The notes beneath the pieces were generated by a model that saw nothing but the letters and a program-made list of their open reading frames with translations, did no database searches and was not told the DNA's origin. Made by a program: the position numbers and the translations under genes. Source: Halocafeteria seosinensis (Eukaryota). Taken from it: a stretch of 64,000 nt of DNA. Positions 23,362 to 36,800 of the stretch are shown in pieces. The stretch's first letter is position 1. Each line of letters starts with the position of its first letter. Location: assembly GCA_001687465.1 (NCBI GenBank), contig LVLI01000279.1, positions 1 to 64,000 on the forward strand. Reading direction: 5' to 3'.

Positions 23362-23402
23362 AATTTAGTTACTGTGCAGATTGTACATTATTTTCTTGCT
23401 TT

Positions 23403-25140
23403 CTATACATCAATGGACATGAGTCTCGAATTTAGATCCTTTAGCCCCTCCGCAATACATCTTTCTGCCGTTTTCTCTGCAGCAGAGTTGAGGCAGGCAA
23501 ATTCCTTTCTTTCTAGACCCACCAAGTTTCCAGGGACTAGCAAGGCATGTGACTCTTCAACAGGTTGTACTGGGTGCCAGCTGCTCTTTATTGATGAAAA
23601 CTGAGTGGGTTCAAATTCTCTACGAGACTTGTGTTCGCGCTCCTGAAGCCACGGATACCATTGCCCAGATTGCCATGGACATCCGTTCAGAGTTGGATCG
23701 CAAGTTCCATTGAAAACTTCTGTAGAGGATGCGTTATACTGAGGGGCGTCTGGACTCGGGTAAAATGGTAGAGCTCCAGCTGATAGAATCCCATCCACAT
23801 GGGACTCGGATCTTTCATGACACTTCCTGAAGGGCGGCGAAATGGGACTTTTCTTCTTCTGTTTGGACTTTTCGGTCGCTGGTGAACCATGTACAGTCTT
23901 CATGCGGAAAGGGCGTACCCGGAAGTTCTTCTCTAAGAAATCTGCAATGAACGTCGGTGATGGCCGTTCGGCTTCCTGGACTTTAGTCTTTTGTTGAGTA
24001 GAGAGCGTCTCTACTACTTCGGGTCTTTCTCCGAAACCGGGGGGAAGTAACAGAGCGTTTACTCTGAGCAGTTTCATAGCTACTTTATAGCGCTCACGTA
24101 GCTGGTTTCCCTCCGCAAGGAGCGTAAACAAGTGGTACTCAAAGATTTCAGTGTCTTGAGCAGCAATATACGCAATGTGTTCCATGGCATTTGCCACCTC
24201 TTCCCTCGATAAATTATCCAGATGATCTTTGTACGCGTTCGAAGCAAGACTCTTGTCTCGTAATTCTTGAGCAAAGAAAGTGGCCCAAGAGACAATCTCA
24301 TCTACGGCATCTTTGGACACTGACCCTAGCTGTGGCTTATTACAGGGTCGTGCTTCCTTCTTATGTACAGCTTCCTCTAATCTATGTGTTTTTAACCATT
24401 TTGCTAATTCAGAAGCTGTCAGCGCTTCCCCTTCCGTATTATAGTATGTTCGAGCAGGCGCGTCACTTTTCGGAGACCTGCCTGTTTGCAGTAAGTGAGT
24501 CTTGTTGGACTTTTGTACCGCGCCAATTTCTGGTTCTTTCGCTCCTCCTTCATCAGACTTCTTTCTCGTCCTAGTGTCACGACTACTTACACTCACCTTT
24601 GGTCCCGGTTCCATCATATTTTCAGAAGTTGTACTCGCTATGCGCAGCTCCTTATTTCCATGAGCAAATACACATCGCACACCGTGAGGACAGAATCTTC
24701 CATTCGATCTGATCCAATGTTTGCATAAAGCCGTCTTGTATCTGAAACGAAGAGGTTGGCGAATGATGCGTCAACAATAAGATCATCTGAGGAAGAGAAA
24801 CGTACTTATCATTAAGCGCCGGTGAACAAATTGGGGCACTTTCCTCCACCGTCCGCAGTTCTTCTTGAGAATGTGCATAGAAGCATTCATCTCCGTAAGG
24901 ACACTTGCCTTGGAGATGGAATAAACAGACCTGAGTACCTAAGCCAATCAATGCACGTTTCATCTCCATTCTTCTATGGATGGCGCTCAGTTCTGTGCTT
25001 ACTTTGCTCTTAAACTTTTTTGCCGTCTGGACTTGGTCTAATGTACCTATCCGTGGTCTCATGCTAATTGGAGCGGTGTATGGTCTAAGTGGCCCCATTC
25101 TGGGTCGCCCTTCCCTGTTTCGGAAATTGTGTTGTTTCAT
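23403..25140 (-). CDS. Tandem CCCH zinc-finger RNA-binding protein (TIS11/TTP-like fingers); start codon uncertain
   Basis: Spliced fingers KFKSK|VCLFHLQGKCPYGDECFYAHS and K|YKTALCKHWIRSNGRFCPHGVRCVFAHG followed by the long ORF to 23403. Confidence 0.8.
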
Positions 25141-25457
25141 CCTAAAGCTTCTCCCAATTCCGTCGGTGTGATACGGGCGACAATACCACCTTATCTGCTT
25201 GGTAGAGACGTCGAGAGACCCAAGCACTACGATTAATAGCTCTTACTTTATCTATATGATGCAGGTAGGAACAAATAATATGACACCTTCGGCTGTTCAG
25301 ACAGAATACCTGCTAGTAAGGACTGGCTACTCTGCATACATGAGTGGATATCGTTCTCCCTGAGGGTTCACCAGATCTCCATCAACCCTCATGGATAAGT
25401 TCGTGAACAACGTTCACGATATGTGTATTATTCCTACTGTTGAAGTTCAACTATAGG

Positions 25458-26726
25458 CTACTCGTTGGTTTTGGCCTGACTCCGTCTCTGAGCATCTTCT
25501 AATGCTGAGGCGCCTTGTGATTTCTGAATCTTGAGACTAAAATCCATTGTTTGATACCCTTGGGTAAGCTTCCCCATGGAAATGATATCAACCTCCGGGA
25601 ACATATAATTCGTCACGTTATTCGCGGAAATACCACCGCTTGCTTCGATCATCACGTGTGGGTAAGACTCTTTCAGCTTCTTTGCATCTGCCTGCAGTTC
25701 CTCAGGGGCGTAATTATCGAGCATTACCACGTCGGCTCCAGCTGATGCTGCTTCAAACGCTTCTGTAAATAGAAAAATAAAGCACGGCAGTGACAATATC
25801 GAACCCGTCAGTACTTCGCGACTCGCGACGTCTTACCATTTAAGTTTCTAGCCTCCACTTCGATTTTAGAAGAAAAACCAGCAGCTCTTCTCGCAGTCTT
25901 TACAGCAGCTGATATACTACCCGAAGCCCAAATATGGTTGTCTTTAAGCATTACCATTGAACTCTGGAGGGTGGAAATAGCAGCTGATCGCCAAATTCCT
26001 GTGGACAGTTCTCGAACAGCCACTTACAAGGTCCATCCGGTGAGTAGAAACTCCTCCTACAACTAAAGCATACTTTTCGATAAGACGGAAGCCAGGCGTA
26101 GTTTTCCTTGTTCCCGCTATTTCTCCATGCCAGCCAGCTCGTGTTGCTTTAACAACGTTTTCAGCTGCAGCTGTGGCAATACCGCTAGCGCGGGTGATAA
26201 TGTTCAGCGCGATTCTCTCCCCTTGGAGTATCGCCCTCCCAGGTCCTCTCACTTTTGCCAACCCAGATACTTCGGTTAGTATATCTCCTTCTCTGGCTAG
26301 CCACTCTACTGTGCATCCTACTTCCTCGAATACGGCTGCATCCATAGGAATCATGATTCTGTAGTCTGACGTAACTAAACAGAGCGCTTACATACCTTGG
26401 AAGAATGGAATTCCCGCTAGCTTGCCTGACGATTTTCCAATCAATAGAGCCTCCTGTTCGCCATCTGAACTAACCAAAACCAACTACGATTCCACTCAGT
26501 GCTTGACCTGCGCAAGTCAGAGAGTCCACGCACCTCCAACAACGTAACCTCCCACATCGAACCACGGGACATCTTCTTCGAGATACTGCACAGGAGAGTA
26601 TCACTATGAGTGCAACACGAATATTGTGGATTCATCGGAGGAAAACACAGCAGAAGCGAGACATACCTGTCGGATCTGCTCACGCCATTTCCCTCCCCGG
26701 GGTAGAATTCCCTCAAATGATCCCAT
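25458..26726 (-). CDS. QPRT: Quinolinate phosphoribosyltransferase (nicotinate-nucleotide pyrophosphorylase, carboxylating); multi-exon
   Basis: [103 protein letters not shown]. Confidence 0.95.
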
Positions 26727-27331
26727 GGGTGCACACGACGGTGGATAGAGAAAATAACTAGAAGAAACTTAAAGAATCAATGGGCTTGAATAATGATCAC
26801 TTGAGCCGTAAGTCTTAACAAACCAAACTGGGTTTGTGAAGTTGTCCTTCACTTCGAATCCTACAAATGGGCAAGTTTTATGTTGAACAATATCGCTAAT
26901 TCGTCAAAGACAAAAACATATCCTTTACTATCAATAAGTTCAGGGTAAACTAGAGGGAAAAGTAGATGAGAAGAACATTGCAGACTTCTTCATTCACCTG
27001 AAAGCAACTTGGAACAACACACAGCGTTCAGCGTCCTCATTCACTACTTAATTAAGATTAAATACACAGCATAGTTTTATGGTCATCCTCTTCATTCATT
27101 GGAATGGACGGGGACGATTGGTGGACGCATACATGTATACATATGTATGGGAAAGATCTTGTGTCTGCCTGTAAACACTGGACAAACACATTATTCATAT
27201 TGATTATTGACCATGTATTTAACAACATTTGGCATAGCCCAAAACGCAAGTGATCACAAAAGGGGTAGCAAGTGGTAAACATTTCCTGGGCGCACTCCCA
27301 ACTCGACAGTATGAATCTTTGCTGAATGACT

Positions 27332-27540
27332 TAAGGATGGGCTAAATGCGTTTATAAACGATAAACGAAAATTTGGAAACGGAGAGTTTGGTCATCATAA
27401 ACGAACGACCAAAAAATTCCCCGTTTACGGTACACCTTTCACTCGTTTACAGTATAAACGATAAACGAAAATTTGGAAACGGAGCGTATGGTAAACATAA
27501 ACGAACGACCAAAAAATTGCCCGTTTACATCTTTCACTAA
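27332..27540. mobile_element. Two ~90-bp direct repeats (100-bp period) rich in AAACG/CGTTT; putative end of a hAT-like DNA transposon
   Basis: Units start at 27353 and 27453 (tataaacgataaacgaaaatttggaaacggag...cataaacgaacgaccaaaaaatt.cccgtttac), preceded by TAAGGATGGGC at 27332. The repeat itself is certain; the transposon interpretation is inferred. Confidence 0.5.
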
Positions 27541-27962
27541 TGTTCGGTGACGTTCACGTAATATACCAGGTACGGTACTGTTGTACCACATAATGGTGAC
27601 GTATTGTTCATCCTGAGTCTTTCTTAGCGTCTATACCAAATTTCGCATTCACTAAACCCTTGCTTTCCACGACAAATTCGACATCGCTGTTATAATAAGG
27701 TAAGGGAGCGCTTTCTCGGGACCTGAATTTAGTCTTAAACTACCAGGTAGATTCTCGACCGGAACTTACGCGGGGGTATTACGGATACTTATGGGTTGTC
27801 TGATACAATCCATTCGTCCCATGTATTGATACATGTCGACTGTTCGGAGGAAAGCTCTTAATTGCTGACTCGTTTCCTTCTCAGTTGGTTCGTGGAGGAT
27901 CAATATTTCGACATCCTCACTGTATAGAAGAGATAATCTGGGCGTCCGTCCAGACTGAGAAA

Positions 27963-29426
27963 ATGCCATTCTTTAGCCGTTCATTACTCACAAGTTGCAC
28001 CACGCTGATGCTGGTGACGGCGTGTATAAGTAGTCTAATGGTATCTACATCCAATGCTCTGAAAGAAGAGACATTATCGGCCATTAAACAGCTAAATGAC
28101 CCCTTAGTAAGTCACGCCGGTTTGTCAACCCTGGTTGAAGACGTACCGGATAAACCCGACTTTTTCACCTTTTTACCTCTCTCTATCGACGCAGGTGGTC
28201 TTGTTCCACGATGGTACAAACTCCGAAGACTATGAGAATGCCTTGGATGTGATGAAGGAGACCGAAAGAGTACGTAAATGGCACTGTTTGGTCCCTTCTC
28301 TCGCCCTAGCAAGGTCCCGCGGGCTCTATTATGCTACTTTATACTGTTATTCACGTGACAACGATATCGGAAACAATTGCAGAGAGTGACTGAGTTTGAT
28401 TACTATACCTGTAATACGCGCGAGAAGGCGAATGCACGCTCTGCCAAGCAGTCCAACTTGGCCGACGGGGTCCATATCTTCGTACGCACCCGGGAGGATG
28501 GCGTAGGTACGTTGCTTCAATTGTGATTGGCCAGGGTTACGCGTTCCAATGAGTGATCCAATTGAGAATACATTCGCCTACAGAGGAATACCGGATGCCC
28601 ATTACCATTAGACACTTATCGCGCTATCTATACTTGCGAGGAGTGGCCGGAAACCCCGCAAACGTGCTTGCGTTCGAATCCGAAGGTTAGTCGTTTTCCT
28701 TGTGCACGTTGCGGCAGCTTATGTTATGGACGTTCTCCGATTTTATTATTTATTGCAGACCATATCTACGATCTCGTTGACCGAAGCGGTCTGCCGGTTT
28801 TTCTGAAATTTTATGAACCTTGGTGCAGCCACTGCTTTAGGATGAAACGAGGATTTGAAGCAGGTGCAACATTTTTCAAGAATCGAGTTCACTTTATGGA
28901 AGTTCAATGCTCTCGTAATAAACAGACTCAAGCGTTCTGTAGGAAACATGAAGTTGATATCTATCCTTCCATGAAGCTATTTACAGGGTCAGAAGTGATA
29001 CCGTTCACAGGATCTCGAGCTGTGGCGGCGTATGAATTCTTCTTCCACGAGCACAAGCATCTGTTTCCAGAAAATAGCGAACCTGGTGTGACGAAATTCA
29101 ATGTGGGACAAGACCTCAATGAAGAAGAGGAAAAAATGGTTGGCCACGGCTATCCAATGCGTTCCGAAGAAGTCGGCATCCCGGATCGGGAGGACGTCAT
29201 TCGGGAAGTGGAAGAACGCTTTCGAAACCATCCGGATGCTCCTCCACTAGAGAAGGAACGCACAGAGATTCGAGAAACAGGACAACAGAGGCGAGAAGAA
29301 AGGGGCGATAAAGAAGATGATGGAAAGGATAGTGAACAGTTGAAGTCTGAAGTCGATGAACTGAAGGGTGAGTTGAAGGAGCTTAAAGACATGATGAAAC
29401 AGTTCTTCCAGTCTCAAAAGAATTAA
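27963..29426 (+). CDS. Secretory-pathway thioredoxin/PDI-like protein with one WCSHC active site and C-terminal coiled coil; ~5 exons
   Basis: Signal peptide MPFFSRSLL...MVSTSNA; GT-AG joined exons; VFLKFYEPWCSHC...FCRKHEVDIYPSMKLF; C-terminal heptads LKSEVDELKGELKELKDMM. Confidence 0.8.
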
Positions 29427-29542
29427 GCGGTCAAGCAGCATTGAATCTCTTAGACGATCTAATGTTCTTCCACAAAAAATGAGCAATGCACAATTATATA
29501 CGTCCTATCCTAGGAGTACGCTCATTGTACGACATGTTGTAT

Positions 29543-32500
29543 TTAAGCGGGTAGTGACGGGAATACGAGTTCTGGGAATTTGAACGTAACGTACTTCAGC
29601 GATTCACAATCGACGTTGGATCCACCAGCAGATCGCATTACCGTTGCTGCTTTCCGACGAACCTCCTTGACAGTCTCAGCGAAATAAGTTGCCTTCAATA
29701 GCTGTTCAATTTGCTCCACTGAAAATACTTTCGTGTTGTTCGGGTCGTACATATCCCCGAAGAAGTCTATTACTCTATTCTTCTCCTTTTCGCTGAGAAC
29801 CGAAAGACATAAGCAGAGCTCCCGTGCATCGACCTTTTGGTCACTGGAGAAGTTCTGAAATGATTTGAAGACTTCCTTGTCACGGGAATTTCCACTCAAG
29901 TCAAACATTGACAAGAATGTATCGTAGTCAATTTTGTCCCCAGCAGTGGGAGAGAGTATAAACTTTTCGTATGCTTCCCGTATTGTCACTCCCACGAAAT
30001 TGTGCTCTTTCAAGAAACCACGAAGTGTTGCCAACTTGTCAAGCTTCCGCTTCTCCTTTTCTTCTCTCTGTTTCTGGACAAGTCCAGCCGGCGCAGCTTT
30101 CCGCCGTTGAGTTTTCGCTAAAGATTTAGTCGACGGTTTTTGTACCTTGAACGGATCTATCAAGTTTTCACTCTTCTTGAAATTTGCATGAGCAGGTTCA
30201 GGGTGTCTTATGATGGAGTAGAATTCTTTAAAAGAAATATTACCATCTCCGTCCGCGTCAACCATCTCTATCATCATATCAACTTCTTCCTCTGTGATTA
30301 ATTGCCCCATGCAGGTCAAAATGTGTCGTACTTCAGCGGGGCCAACTCTCAGATTATGATCGAGGTCAATAAAGCTGTTGAACACGAAGCAATGAAATTA
30401 GCAAACAATAAGAGTGCATTATCCTAATTCATCACTGACATACTTGAATGCGTCTTCAATCTCTTTATCGGTGAAGGTCATGTCATACGTTGGTCCCTGA
30501 ACACCTTTTGGTCCTTCTACATCCAATGGCAGCAGATGAGGTTTCTTACCACCTCGGTACTGAAGGGAAATTTGGGAACGTAAGTAAGTAGATGCGTAGG
30601 TAACAACAAACTCAAAAAAAGGCATACCATTCTTTGACTATCATCATAAGTCGTGCCGTCTAAGCGCCTTTGAGGGAAGAAAACACCGGCAGGACCAACA
30701 AAGTCGACCTCAATATAAATTTCTCCTCGATCTTCCAGCTTTCCCCAATTAGTTCGTGTTCTGCAAAGGAGAGCAAAATGCCTTACGTTGCCAGTATCTT
30801 GCATGTTCTCTGTGCTTACTTTATTGGTATCCAGCCGTCTTTGACACCCTTCTTGAACACAGGCAACAGTGGCAGCGAAACGCTTCCGATGATTTTATCA
30901 GGTCCAATACGCTCGGAGTCGTATACCTCCAGTTTCATACTAATTGCATCCACAATTTGAAACGAAAACGTCTGATTCCACTGTGGAGCCGAGCCTCCTG
31001 ACCAATCTACCTCTGTGCTGACCGAATACGACTTAAAGTGTTGCTGGATTATGATGTTGCAATAGGGGTCCTGGTAACCCACAGATTCGACATTAGTAAG
31101 GTTTCGGCCAGATACACACGTCACTTTGAGAGTTCCCGCAGGGAAATATTGAAGTTGTAATCTAACTTGTCCCGCAGGGTCCCCACCTTTTTGGTGCAGA
31201 TCGAACACGGCCACTTGTTCCTTTAAGGACTGCATAAACGCCAGGGCACTAAAACTGGCATGACCAATGTGATCGTCTTTGCCTACATCTTCGTCCCACA
31301 GATTTACTTGGACATCCTTTGTCCAGTTGGTCTCGTCAATCTTCAGCTCCAGCTCGTCCCTGTCAAAGATTGGATTACTGCCCCCGTTTTTCACAGTGTT
31401 GCTTCGCTTAATTTGTTTGCCAAACGTGAGCCGAAGGTAGGGATCCTGGGACCCCATTATTTCCTTATTTGGAAGGTTCATCCCTTCAAGACATGTCACA
31501 ACCAGAATGCCCATTTGCGCGGGCAGAAATCTAATCGTACCATAAAACAATCCGCCCGTAGCATCGGTAGAATCGGTAAGCAACGGTGACTGCCGGGTAT
31601 AGTTATGAACAAGAGGAAGGCGAAGTCTGTTAAAATATACGGTGGACTCAATGGGAGTATGGCAAAATTAGGAGGGTAATTAGCTACGGAACTTACGTTG
31701 CAGAGTAACGAATGGCCTTCAGGGCCGCTCGGATATCAATCGCACCTGAGCCAATAGCGGCTCTATCACCTGCACCGGATTCTTGGAAATGTGATGAAGT
31801 TCGATTTTGGGGAAAATTAAGATATTCTTACCCTCCAGGAACTGATAACGCAGTAGAAGCGGTCCGATCTTCCTTGCCGAATCATTGAAGTCTTTTAGCT
31901 CGATCCGTACCTGCCGAACATTCAGACCGAAATCTCCAGTAGCTCAGAGTGACAACAAATATCCGAGACGCACTTTATGACGATCTGGACCGCTCAAATG
32001 TCCAGTCCGAAGAACATTGGAGAGATTGATCGTGCCTTCCTCGGTTGGCTTCGAATCCGCATCAGTAGGTTCGATCCACAACTTAACAGTCTGCAATTCC
32101 AATTGATCCCGTAATCTGCCGAGCAGCCTGTTTTCGTCATTATCACTTGACATACTAAAGCGCGGATATCTTTTAGACGATCCATCCTGGTTGCGGTTGC
32201 CTCTTCTTTTTCCGACTCTGGAACGTTCGCTATTTGATCCTTTATCTGCTTCATCTCTTTGAAACGGGTAACATTCTTGGTTTCCAGAAGTTCTATTTCG
32301 AATATGCCTTTTGATATATAGGTCTCGGTAAATGCCGCTGTAAAAATCAAAATCGCATTAACCACGAAAAACAAGTGCATAGACTTCACGATACTGAACA
32401 CACCTTCTTTGGGCAGCTCCAACACCAGTTCCTGCTTACAAGAAGAGAAACGATAGCTGTTACCAGTCTAGAGCTAAACTCTCAAGCACACTATACTAAC

Positions 32501-33230
32501 CCTCTTTGTTTCCGGTGCCTCTTCCTTCGTTACAGGAGGTTCGCTTGTGACTGAATCGCATTCGTCCTCATCTTCTTCCTCCTTCTGTATCATGGTAGTC
32601 CGAATGACTGGGGGTTGGTCAGTTTCACTTGTAATAGAGCGAGAGCTCTTCGGTTTTGGGCGTGAGGGAAAGTTGTTCTGAACTCTGTTAATGACTGACG
32701 TTTGCCCGTCAGGGCGAATCAATGCAGGCGATTTAGTGTCAGCTTTATCTGGCTCATGTGCCCCTCGAGGGGCACCGGGAGGTGCGACAAACTGTTTGGA
32801 ATCGTTTCTGCTGAGAATTTCAGCGGCTTTTTCAACTGAAAGACCGTAAGTAGAGTTCCCCCCAATCCTGCTAGCAGCCAAAGGCTTTGGAGGCCCCGGA
32901 GCAACTTGGCGCTTCTGTTGTAATCTTCCTGCTTGTTTTAGAACAGCCAGTTTCGATGACATTCTCGCTGAGTTCGGTTGGCCACTACTGCTGCGCGCGG
33001 AAGCATATCCTGCGCCTTTAGGTGGTGGCCCCTTGGGAGGAGGTGGCGCTGGTCCACCTTGTCTTCCACCTGCATGGGACAATGATTTTAGCACAGACTG
33101 GATATGGGGATACAATAGCTGGGAACATACTTCGAGGCGGCGGGCCCTTAGGAGGTCCCACTGAAGGTCTTGGCGCCGAAGGCTCTGGAGGTGCACCTCC
33201 AGGAGGCTTCGTCTGATTTTGGTCAGGCAT
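29543..33230 (-). CDS. Multi-C2-domain and EF-hand protein with Pro-rich N-terminus; multi-exon
   Basis: C2 signatures LVVTCLEGMNLPNKEIMGSQDPYLRL...LWDEDVGKDDHIG and LKVTCVSGRNL...QDPYC...PQWNQTFSF...VYDSERIGPDKIIG; EF hands FIDLDHNLRVGPAE and VDADGDGNISFKEF. Confidence 0.85.
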
Positions 33231-33891
33231 TCCAGCTCCTGTCTTTGTGTGTTTATCTATAATTAGTTCGTTTTTCAGTGTTCATTGTGGCTCAGATATT
33301 TGTAGCCCGTTGCTCCCCCTTTTCACTTCCTCGGGCTCATCATTTATCCTCTACAGTCCGACCAACGGTTCATTGTTCAATGTGCTACAGTACCCGTGCT
33401 AGGCAACTGTTTATATCAACGGAAAGGAGGTGAGAACGACTGGATTCGACCTTTGAAGGCGTTGTTGAACATGAGCTGTCAAGAGTGATGTTGAAGTACG
33501 GAGCCGAGTTGAGAAGCCGTGTAGTCATTTAATTGGCGTGAAACAAACAAAGCGCTAGTGGTAAGATTGTGGTCCGTTTTTCTCCAAAACTACCTAGTAC
33601 GTATTCGTCCCTAAATTATACATAACAAAACAGACGGAAACTCTCCTCGGAAGGATAGGCGAAAAGCTCCGCTTTGATAACGAGTGGGCTTCACGAACCC
33701 GAGTGGGACCGCCATTGTAGTGGCTGTAGATAAAACACTCGAGCTGCCTTGATTTCTGTACGAACTCGAAAGCTTTTGCATTTAGGAAATACAGAAGGAT
33801 CGCAACTCGTTTGCGGAGGCTTTGGTCACTCACAAGGCACAGTTTGCTCGCTTTGTTTCGACGTGACATCTTCAGATATACGTTTCAATTC

Positions 33892-36800
33892 TCACTTAAG
33901 TCCTCGGCCTCTTCCTCCACCACGGCCACCCGAGCCACGTCCTCGTCCACCGCGTCCGCCACGTCCTCGATGGTGACTGCCGCGAGAACCTCGACCCCTG
34001 GTGTACGTAGCAGTGGCAACGCCCTCCTGCTCCTCAGCTTCCATCGCTTCCTCCTCTTCTGTTTCAAGAACATCCTCTAACTCTTCCCCGCGATGAAAGC
34101 CCGTCCGCTTTCTCGATGCATGGGTTGATTCACTACTGGTCTGTTTTCGTTCTTCAACTTCTTGGCGGTCTTGCATAGCTAATGTAACTCTTTTCAGCTC
34201 CTCTTTTTCACGCCGAGCTGCTTCGAGAGCGTCACTGGAGCGAGCAGCGAGAGGAACGTTCTCCGGTACGTATAATGTTCGAGTTTCAATTTTTGTTCCC
34301 ACATTTTGTGCTCCAGTACGGCTTGCGCCCTTTCGACGGAGCAGGGTAAAGGCTACTCTGCCTTCAGCTGGAGTATGATTTTGAGAGTGTTGCCTGTTCT
34401 CGTCTTGTTTCTGTTTCAGATGAAGCGGGAGTGTCATATGCTCTGCAGTAACGCGCGAACCAGCCAGCTTCCGCTGCTCAATTGACTCCTTCTCTAATTC
34501 AGCCAATTGCGACTCAAAATCCATATCAGCTTCGGACTTGTGCTTTGGTTCGCGTTCCCTCTCTAAATCTTCGTCCTCTAGCTCATGTTCAGACGTCTCA
34601 GTATCATCCCCAGGGCTGCTTGCGTTTTCCTGAGTTTGATCCCCCTCTGCGTCCACTTCTTCGTCATCGGATGATTCAGCTTCATTAAGGTCCTCCTCCT
34701 CTTCAACATTGGTCGATCCGGTTTGCGTCTTATAGCGAGTATTGTAAGCCTGTTCAGCCAGTTCCTTACATTGAGCCAGCTCAAGCTTGGCACACGTTAA
34801 TTGAGCCTCCTGAAAATTAGTAAACCGCTTCCTATCGGGGCGAATAAGGTCAAGGGTTTCTGAAACAAACGTATCAGTTTCAACAGGCAGTCGGCCTTTG
34901 GATAGAATGTACCGTTCAAAGCAGCACAAGAAATCGTCGATCTTCTGACGGGCAGCACCTTTTGATATCGGAGTCGCACAATTCTGCAGGATCTCACATA
35001 CAATGTGGATACGGTGAACATCTTCTTTCTTGTCCGTTTCGCAAGGCACCAGTGGATGAAAACCCCATGTGCCCATCTGCGGAACACGAGGATCCGGCTC
35101 AACTAACGGATGAGGGAATACCGAAGATAAATCGACATCATGCAGATCCTCTATGGTGATATTGGCGTTCGTTCCTTGCTTCTTCCGGATCTCCTCACTC
35201 GCAGCAAACGCCCTGATGGAGTTAATGGCATCGCTTGGACGAGGAAGAGCATGGCCTGTATTGATGACGGCGTACAAGAGGCGAAGCAGCATTTTATTAT
35301 CTACCAGCTTAACGTTGTAGGCATCTCCAATAAAATGACAAACAGCCATGCGTTTTTGAGTGTACCGAAAGTTTTCCATATTGGACACCAGAAGACCGTC
35401 CTCAATAATTGCCATAGCATGGTCAAGGATATGCATTACCACAGACTCACGGAACGCTTTAAGGCTAGAAAGTACGGATACCAATCGCGACCCAGTGGCG
35501 GAGCTGGTTTGGATTGATCGAAAAACAGCTTTACGGAACCATTGGCTGACCATAGGTTCCGTTGACCAAGGCAACCGCCGGATTGCTTTAACAATTTCAT
35601 TTGTACTGATCTTACCGAGTTTCTCGAGAATCAAGTACCGCAGAAACTCGTAGAGCATCGGCCGTTCCTTTCTCTTGGGCTTGTTATTACCGGTTACCGG
35701 GACACAGGCGTAGTAAGCATTGTCCAACAGCGATGCGCGCAATCCATCCAATCCCTTAGCTTTCTTCAGCTTTTGCATTGTATCCAAGACCTGCTGCACT
35801 CGTTCCCGAGTTTGTGATAGCATGTAGAGGTACTTTCCACATCCTTCCAAAATGGTCGCCAATAGCTCTATACTGTGTGATGAAAAATCCCGGATACACC
35901 GAGACAACAAGCGGAATATCATGTTTGGAGGCGCAATTCCGAACTTGCACAATTCGGCTGCCAAGCGACCATTTCGTAGCTTCAAATCCAAATGAGAGTT
36001 TCTCTTCTTCTTAGTCATGTACTTCAGGTCGTCCTCTAGAGTGGCCAACAGAGGGCGGGAGAAACCTGGAGATGCCTTCTCGAATATGGCTACTAGTCTT
36101 GCGTAGTAAGGGAACATATCGGTTGCAGCAGGATTGGCGTAGGCGATATGTTTCAAGAGCAAGCGACGTCCCAATTTGTTAAAATGCTTTTGTACAACGA
36201 ATTCATGAGCCCAATTGTCGATAAGATCTTTACTAACACAATGAGACAATTCCTGGAGCAACCTGTCAAAACTCTCCTTACTTCCCCACCCTGCCTCGTC
36301 TTCAAAGGAGGCGTCCTCAACTGACTCCGTTCGAGCTAGCTGTCCTCGCACCTCATCATCGTCTCCAAGGTTATCATCTTGCATAAAATCCTCCTCCAGC
36401 ATTTCTTGGTTATCCTCTTCTGCCTCCTCATTGTCAGAGGAATCACTCCCATCAGTGGTACTTCGAGGCCGATGAAACTCTTTGCCGTGAGAACTTTCAG
36501 CGGTTGGCTTTGGTGAGCCTTGAGAAATCCCTGTGCCCACGACTTGGTTAGCAGAAGAATCTTTTGATCCGGGAACAAATTGTTTCAGGGCAGTGTCGAG
36601 GGTTCCCCTCTGCCCTTTTGGGTTCTTGAACTTTGCTGCAGTTTCAGCCAAGGAGGGTTCGGAGCTCTTGGTAACAGTTGATGCGGAAGCCGCATTAGAG
36701 GAGGATGAGATATTACTCTGCTTCGAACGCTGTTCTCTCTCTGCAGCTTTCGCAGCAGCTTCTTCGGGTGTATCAAGGAGAATAGATGGTATTGTATCAC

